Assembly: GCA_021613535.1 (NCBI GenBank) | Contig: CP075496.1 | Coordinates: 5,518,001-5,582,000 of the forward strand | Origin: Adineta vaga | Taxonomy: Eukaryota > Animalia > Rotifera | Direction: 5' to 3' | DNA: 64,000 nt | In this document: positions 55,761 through 64,000 of the stretch, one piece after another | How positions within the stretch are numbered: the first letter of the stretch is position 1 | Layout: the number at the start of each line of letters is the position of its first letter | Notes under the pieces: model-generated | The model's input: only the letters and a program-made list of their open reading frames with translations | Database searches by the model: none | What the model was told of the DNA's origin: nothing | Made by a program: the position numbers and the translations under genes

Positions 55761-57526
55761 TTACACACAACCAAGTAAGAATAAACGTCTTGCTTTCATA
55801 TAATAATCATTGATCGTATGTTTATGTTCCGATGGTAATTTTTGTTCAAATTTAACTACAGCAAAATGACTCTGCTGCATTGTATCTTTTGTATCACCGA
55901 GTTCGAGATCTCCTGATAAAATGTAACGATCAGATACATCATCATCTGTTACTTGTGACGAAAGAACAAGACGAAAACAAGAATCAATTTGACGTTGAAA
56001 CTGTCCAGTAATTTCAAGACGACCATTACCCAAACATTTCATATGGCCTCTAGAAAAAAATAAAATAAAAAAGATTTTTTCTTTAATATTACATCGTTGT
56101 TATAAATATTCATGAAAGCAAATTTTGTTACTTATATATGCTAATAAACTGAATTCATTATCATTCAATACACAACGAAATCATTTTTCTTCAGTGTATA
56201 TTAAATAAGTTTTTCTAAAGAAATTTGTTCAAGTTAATGTCCCGCTAAGACATTTAGATAAATAATAATGAATGTATGCTAGTATTTTATTGTATGTCAT
56301 TGTTTAAAATTTTCTTTTCTTATGATTCGCGTGTCATTATCTAAATCTATTTCGTCGTCTAGTCATGAAAAACATATTATTTCAGTAATATCAAATCCAT
56401 TAAGAGTACAAGATCATATCATGTTAATGTCTTTACTTCCTGTACATAGGTTCATCAATGACATTTCTTAATAATAAAATGCATTTTTGATGAAATAAAA
56501 CATTAAAAAATTGACCATCATTCTCATTTCCTTCTTTTTTTCTCTTTTCCTAACGCATGAATATCTACAATTACTCGTTGAATTCAATTAGTCAGCAACC
56601 AGAAAATGCCCTCATGCTCGGTTATAATTCGATTAATGGATGGCGATGAGAAGATGAATTTTTTCTTCGGTCGCTGATCATCTTAGGATAAATAAATATT
56701 TCTTCTATTATAAGTAAGCACTGAGATATGCCGTTGTACTATACATTCCGAAAGAAAACTCTTATTCCGTTTTTTTTCTTCTTCTTCTCTTTAATTCTCC
56801 TCTGACGACCTATCGAATATGTCTGTCTGTCAATCATATTGGTGTGTACATGTATGGAACATGTAATGTCATATAATCGTATTTGTACTTGAACAAAAAA
56901 AAAAGAGGTTGATGATTATTTCATACTTTGCATGTTATTGTCATTATGTATAAGTATGCGAGAGAAGACTTGACCTCGTCGTGTTCTCACCGATGTAACA
57001 TGCTTGCATGTTGCCTGTCACATATAGATACAATGCCGACTAACGCGACTAATTATCAATCCTTTCAAGACATGTATAGAGATACAGATGGAAATCGTCA
57101 AGAGATAGAAAGATTCAATGTGTTATTCAACGCACAATTAAGCTCATTATATGTGTTTGATTTTCTTTTTAATAGATATTCAAGATTAGGTAAATATCTT
57201 AGATTCTGTGTAAAGCAGAAAGATTTTCTGGTTCTCTTGAGAATTAATACAATATAAATCATAATATCTTTTCTCATTATTGATGTAAAACAATGAACAT
57301 ACTTTGTAAGACTTGTTCGATGACCCAATTGTTCAATAATTTGACATTTAGTTTTTGACCACCAGACTGTTTTAATTGTCCAATATGAAATAAGAGCTGG
57401 TTTTGGCCAACTTTCATATGCATAAAAACGAATTTTTGTTCGACGATGTTCACCAATTTCACGTAATAATTTCCGACCACATTGACCACGTGTTTCTTCG
57501 TAATAGAACGAATCGGTCAATTTCAT
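55761..57526 (-). CDS. Uncharacterised 170-aa protein, 2 coding exons (57526-57303, 56049-55761)
   Basis: Two ORFs join in frame through AA|GTATGT...TTCTAG|A, reading RTSLTKGHMKCLGNGRLEITG. The composition is globular and codon usage is typical. Confidence 0.75.
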
Positions 57527-60500
57527 CTCTAACAAAATTCGACAAGTGTATATATAATCTTAGACAACTCTATTTCAAATCTATATATTTATATACATAC
57601 TTAATAATAACTAATTACAAATCAGTAATAGATGTGGATATGACAAGGAATCAAAGAAAAGAATAATCACAATAATAATTGCGTATAGTTCGTGTCCGAG
57701 TAACGACTAGAAAGAGATAAGCGAGAAGATATAAAGAGAAACACTCGTTGTTGTTCTTTCTCTCGTTCTTTTCGTCCTCGTTCGTTAATGGAACAAAGAA
57801 AGACGATCCGTTGAATAGTAATATTATTTTTTCTTTTCCATTTCTTGTATTGCAAGAGAAAAATGAACAGTTCTTCTTCGCCTTATAGAAATAGAAAGAT
57901 AGAAAGAAAAGAGAAATACTATATTACTTGTTCATTTCATCAGAATATCGTCTTTTCTTTTAGTTTTTATTCGAAGAATGTCGTTCATCGTCTTGCTCTC
58001 TCCCTCCCTCTCTCTCTCTCTCCTTCTCAAACGCTCGAAGGCATAGAGAATCAATTTCCTTCTGTCTCTAGTTTTTTATTACTATCTACGAAGCCGAGAA
58101 AGAGTGAACAAGAAACGATAGATAGACAGACAGTAAACTACACTACGATGTCTTCGTTGTTGATTAGTACTCACCACATAACATGATGCATACAAATTCA
58201 TTCAATTTCATTATGTAAATCAATTGTGACTACCCGCAACGTTCTATTGTGGTCACCATGTGTATATATGCACATCAGTATTGACCAATACTTAGTTTCT
58301 CTTATAAGAATCATATAAGCACAGTAGGTTATTAAAAACATTCAACATTTGTTCTTGGAAAACAAATGAGTATGATACATAATCACTGAATAATATATAC
58401 CATCGTGTTACATGTGTTGGTTTTCTCTTGAAATTAGTCAAAAATAGAAATAATAAGAGAAAAAAATCTCATATTTAACTAATATTTATGAAAGATTATC
58501 AAAATGATCATGTCTGACATATAAGTTTATGATTAATTTTGTTACAAAAACAATCCTTGTAAGAAGAATATAAGATTCACTCTTCGATGTCATGTTCTAT
58601 TATGATTTTTTTTCTCCGATTATATCGTTCGTAATACAAATAAAAACATATTTGACAAAAGAAATTCTATCAAATAATGATCGATTGAATATCTAAAATA
58701 ACTCCCTAGAGTAATCATTGGATATTACAATACAAATATATTTCTAATAGACGACGAATATAGCAATAAGACGATGAATGTTCTGCTTCAAGTATTCTTT
58801 CTTTTTATTCCAAACAAAAGCATGCTATCATACTTCTATATAATATTCTGCCGTTTAAATATTAAGTGGTTTATTGCAGTTCTATTTATTCAATTGACGA
58901 GAAAATGACAATCAACAATATATACGAACATTTATAAATCTCTTTTTTCACTATTGTAAAAACATTTCAAGTAAAAAATTGATTATGACACTAAACATGA
59001 TAGATTATCTTTAATAAATATAGTTACGAGAGAAGTTCGATAATATTAGTAGTGCATGATTTCCGTTATTGCATGTCAGTGATAGTATTTAGTAATTGAT
59101 ATCGAGGAAATACTTCTCATATAATCAACGATGAAGATCACTTCCTGATAGTTTTAGACAGATAGCTAACGAAGGTCATCGTTGATATGTATGGTTGAGA
59201 ATAAAAATTGATTAACGACTACTTATGAAAAAGAATGATACATTGAATTTAATAAAGTATTTGTGAATATCAGATATTTTCATATAGATTGCTAAGGTAT
59301 AATCCTGGATTTGAATATCAATACAGATGGAAGACAACGATTTTTGAAAATTATTCATAATTTCTGCAATAAGTTTTGTTTGACAATGTCCTCTATTGAT
59401 TCATTCTCAAGGTTTTTTGTTGTATTCGTATCCATACATTTTTTATTGATTCGAAATAGAATTAATTCAGATTTTTTAAAACGATTAACAATACATATGT
59501 TATAGAATCATTATTGCAAATATTTTAGTTGATTAGGAAGTATGATATCTTAAGTAATTGAACTGAACTGAAATGTGATGTACAGTTAATATATAGGTTT
59601 GATAAATAAAATTGAAAAAAATGTCGCTGTTTACTCATATATGAATCATTTCACATTCGATTTTAATAAATGACGAATCGTTGAAAAACATTATGTTTAC
59701 TATCTATTTACCTTGATTCATAATTATATCTTGTATACTCTTTCATCTATCTCTTCTCATGTGTCCTTAAAGTTTGAAGTTAAAAGGTAGAAATATACTT
59801 GTTGTTTGTTAATCATGCTTTTTTTTATAAATACCATGTTGATAAACAATCATCGAATAATGTTTACCACGAATAAAATAGCATTTTCATCGGAAAAACA
59901 AACCCATACCTATTGATTTATGAATATGTAATATGGTTGCGCATGAAATATGATGTTTTTCTTCTACTTCAATTATATAGTAGATACATGTTTACTCTCA
60001 GCATAGTAAAACTATTATTAGAGCGACAATAATTACATATTGTCGTAATATTTTAAAATTACATCTATTTTAAGCATGCATGATACCATGGAATATATAA
60101 TTCAATGTAATATCTACACTTCTCTGATCTTATAGACTCTATAATAAACTATGATTATTGTTGATTGAAGAATTTCAAATAAATCATTATGATTTAGAAT
60201 GAACCTAATCCTTTATCGCATCGAAGAGAAAGTGGTAAATATTTAGATGTTTGATGTCATATATGAAAGAGAAGTCAACTTACTATATATCAACTACAAA
60301 ACTACTCATGTCTTATTTTTCAATGTCATACGAATGTGAAATGTTCTCTGTTGCAAAGGTTTCGATGAATTTTCAATGCATAATCAATTTGTGAATGTCT
60401 ACATAAGAAAGATGAGTATACAATGATTTGTTTCCAATGTGAAATATATTTATCTATCTATCTATTCAGTTAACTTTGCGTGATTTGTATGAAAGCTACA

Positions 60501-61725
60501 TTTCTGATGACAATTTTGCTGCAAATGCAAGATATGAAGCTGAATTTTTCGAAATGGTATTGAATTATACTGTGCAAAATGAAATGTATATTATGAGAAT
60601 GGAAATAGTGCGATTTTCAGTTTATGCTGGATATAGTTTTTCTATAGCTATTAATTTGCATGAAAGTTATAAATGATGGCTTGCTTGTTTTTAAATTTTC
60701 ATTTTCACAATTTTATGCCGTAGTTAGCGATAAAATTGTTTTTCACTATAAACTCACATCAGTTATTGTGCTTATATTTCTCTTCCTCTCTTTCTCTGTT
60801 CATGGACAGTATCAGAAATTAACTTTTACTATACTCAATATGAAGACAAAGCATCACGGATATGCTTGATTTTTCTCTGTAAGAAATTTAATAGCACGAT
60901 CTTATCTATATATTTTCCACAGAATTTATATGTACCCTTGTTGCAAGTAAGATCGAAAATTACTTGACAATTTTTTCACATTATTGCCACCAACTTGTCT
61001 TTGATGAATTATTATCTATATTCATTCATTGATGATGATGATAATACTTTAGATCGCGTAATAATGTATCCATCTACAGTTTCTTTCATATATACACACA
61101 CACAAATGTTGCGCAGCCGATTGTAATCCACATTTTTACTCTAGCTATAGACCAGCTGGATCCCCTTGCCATTCATCAATATGGCATTCATAACCATCCT
61201 TTCACAATCCATCGACATTCGGTTTTTGTTACATATATGCCAGTTTCAATCCAAGACATTTATAGATGTAGCGAGAATGAATGTGATGTTGACAGAATAG
61301 TTTAAAACCGTTCATTATGGTAACATTATATTTCTTGTTGTGAACAACAGTATTTCATCAATTGTAGGCGATCATATTTGTATCGAACGGAGAAACAAGA
61401 AAAAAAACAAGAGGAAAACGGCAGTAACAACAAGGAACAGACTATACTAATAACACTTGTTTGCTCTATTGTATATAATAGACAAACACAGACAGAGTTT
61501 ACGTAGAACTGATGATGAAAAAAGCAGACGTCCACCATGTTTGCGTAGTAGCTTTTTTTTAAATGAAAAAGACATAGAAACACAAAAGAATAGAATGCAT
61601 TTTTTACAAAGAAACAGAAAATATGACATATTTATGTGGATTTGTCTTGGAAAAATGATGAAGATCCGCATTCGCAGATGTTTACTATCCAGAAGGAGAA
61701 AATCGAAACGAAAGGATACACGAGA

Positions 61726-64000
61726 TTAATCCTTTCTAGGTTTGAAAGCTGGTTCACATAAATCCAGACAAATATAACATTCTTCAATGTTATATTTTTC
61801 AACCCATGACGCCTTTAGATCTTTCTTTGATCGTGTACGTGGTGTTGGCCGTTTTCTGATTAGTCTTATTTTCTTTTTTATGGGCACTGATGATTTCGCC
61901 AGTGGAATCGGTGACTTATCAGATATTGAATCATCTTCTCGTTGATTTCGGCTCTTTTTATTTTTCTTATCATTTTGTTCACATCTGATTCTGATGGATG
62001 GCCTTGGAGTTCGTAGTTTTTTATCATCTGTAACATGTTTGTCTTCTTTAGATCCATTATCATTATCATGATCATTATCTTTGTGATTAGATTTCTCATC
62101 GATTGTTACCGTTGCCGTCGCCGTCGGTTACCATCGTCGATTGGATTTGAGCCGGTTTTATTTGTTCATCATCTCTCGAAAGTCGTATACGTTTCGAAGG
62201 GCTTTCCAAAATAGGAAGATCTTGTTTTTCATCTTGTAATTTCAGCTCCAAAGGTCGTTTTTCATCTTTATAAACTTCAGTTGAAGAAGTTTCTTCAATT
62301 TTTTCACTGCTATCTTCTACTTTATCCGATGTACTTGCCTTCAAATTTCTGTCTGACAATGGTGAAAGTATTTCTGGTAAAACAATCGCTTCTCCAACAT
62401 CTAGGAAGAAACAAATAGCCACCGTAATTTCTCTCCTCCTATTAGCACTTATTCATTGTTTACTTACCATGAATTAAGGATCGCATGCCTTGTTCAATAT
62501 AATTCCAATGTTTTTCAACATCCTTAATATCAATTAAACGTGTAAATTTCATTGATTGTTGATTCTGTGGTCGAAATCGATTAATATTCTTTGAGCGTAA
62601 TAAACGAAGCATTTGGATTTCAAGTTTTTCGATAATCGACGAATTTGGATATAGCATATTGCATAATGCTCTCACAGAAATACATTCACGTTGAGCATTT
62701 GATCCAAGTCCAGAACATGTATATGTTGTCATTGTATGACCATGAAATGTGATTGTTTTCTGATAACGATTCGATGAACTTGATGCAGAGGAAGAGGAGC
62801 CTCCTGTTAATGGCAATTGTGATGGTGGATGTATAAAAATATTATTATTATTATTTGTTGTTGTTGTTGTTATCGTCGGTGTTGTTTGCGATGAAGCTGG
62901 TACTGGCGATGGAGGAGATGGTGGAGGCGTCGATTCAGCAAACTAAATGCGATTTTTAATGTTATAAATACCAAATAAAATTTTATCTTACGGTATTGGT
63001 TGCTGCCGATGATTCTGATTGTGGTGGTTGTGCTTGTGATGATGTTGGTCTATTATCTAAATACAAAAAGATTTATTTTTGAAAATTTATGGTCAACTTT
63101 ATACCTTGATGTTGATAGTTAAGTACATTTAATGGAAATTTATCATTAAATAAAAGTATCAAATCAACATTATATTCTTTTTGTACAGATTCAATATCAA
63201 TTAATTTTGCATTACGTAGATTAATTGACATATTACTAAAAAAAAGAATCAATTGTAGAAATTCAAGTTCTGATGTTGTCGGTATTGTTAATGTGGCAGT
63301 TGATAAACATTGAGATGATAGTATAAAATTTTTTAATAAATTATTTCCAATAAATGGTACTGTTTGTTCATGTAATGTTGTTATGTTACGTAGACGACAA
63401 ATTCCACCATTGATTTGAACTATTGATAACCAATCTTTACAAATTGAAAGTTTTGGTTCATTTAAAGGTAATTCCTTTGCGAAAAGTATATTAGCTGAAC
63501 AATGATGATAAAATGTTATTAGATCAATAAGTTTTGTATCAATAGAGAATGGTCTGATATTTTGTTTTAAACAAAGTTCATTGATGAGTTCAATTTCTTG
63601 GGGTGTAACAAGTGTTTGTTCGAATGGAAATAATGGCTCTTTTGATTCATTTGTGTTATGTTCATTTGTTGGAATTTTGAGCAAGTCATAAAATGTTAGA
63701 AGACTAACAGGTATTTTATATAAATGATGTTCGGACGTATTAGATGAGACATAAGGTGTGTAAAGTTTGTTTATTTGTAACCAACCAGAAGCAACACGAG
63801 TGGATTTAGTTACTGGTGATGAAGGACTTGCTGTTGACAATGCTACTTGTGCTTCTGATGTTGTTACAGATCGTTTACGAGTATGTGCTACAATAGGTAG
63901 TGAATTAGAAGATGATGAAGTCGTTGCGAGTACTGGTTTTGTAGGTATTAATGACTGAGAAGTACTAGTAGCGACTGGAGTGGTAACAGACTTGTTCGAC
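61726..64000 (-). CDS. Uncharacterised probable nuclear protein, 5' end outside the window, with an apparent 1-nt frameshift at ~62126
   Basis: In-phase exons >64000-63103, ~63056-62992, ~62942-62468 and 62400-61726. It has repeated [TA][KR]LID[LI] units, a basic NLS-like KKKIRLIRKR and a terminal WVEKYNIEECYICLDLC. Confidence 0.75.

Noticed and set aside
1-64000. tRNA, rRNA, snRNA, SL RNA, CRISPR arrays and transposase/reverse-transcriptase ORFs
   Set aside because: None recognised by eye; a covariance-model and repeat-library search is needed to exclude small ncRNAs and MITEs.

Overview
This is an AT-rich, gene-dense animal genomic window with mostly ~50-65 nt GT-AG introns and CGA/CGT/TCG-rich codons. 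These traits are consistent with a bdelloid rotifer (inference). I reconstructed 15 protein-coding genes by hand-splicing: ZnT9/SLC30A9, NAA50, a C-type-lectin-like membrane protein, a GABA-B R2-like receptor, a C1q/short-collagen protein, an orphan single-pass protein, FZR1/Cdh1, SERBP1/Vig, BRSK/SAD kinase, muscleblind, MBOAT1/2, SmE, ZYG11, GRASP55/65, an orphan 170-aa protein, plus a 16th, 5'-truncated nuclear protein with repeated Ski/Dach-like units. The most notable locus is muscleblind (~30.6-43.8 kb, minus strand). It encodes three CCCH zinc-finger pairs and has a hidden 99-nt in-frame cassette exon carrying a KKRPLE NLS like the MBNL1 54-nt exon. It also has YGCY and UGCAUG clusters at the switchable exons and a circMbl-type ATG exon. 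Other points are a 15-nt HRDLK microexon in BRSK whose skipping creates a stop codon, a His-repeat tail on GRASP, a possible trans-spliced gene cluster, and two single-base frameshifts that may be assembly errors. No rRNA, tRNA, CRISPR array or intact transposon was recognised.
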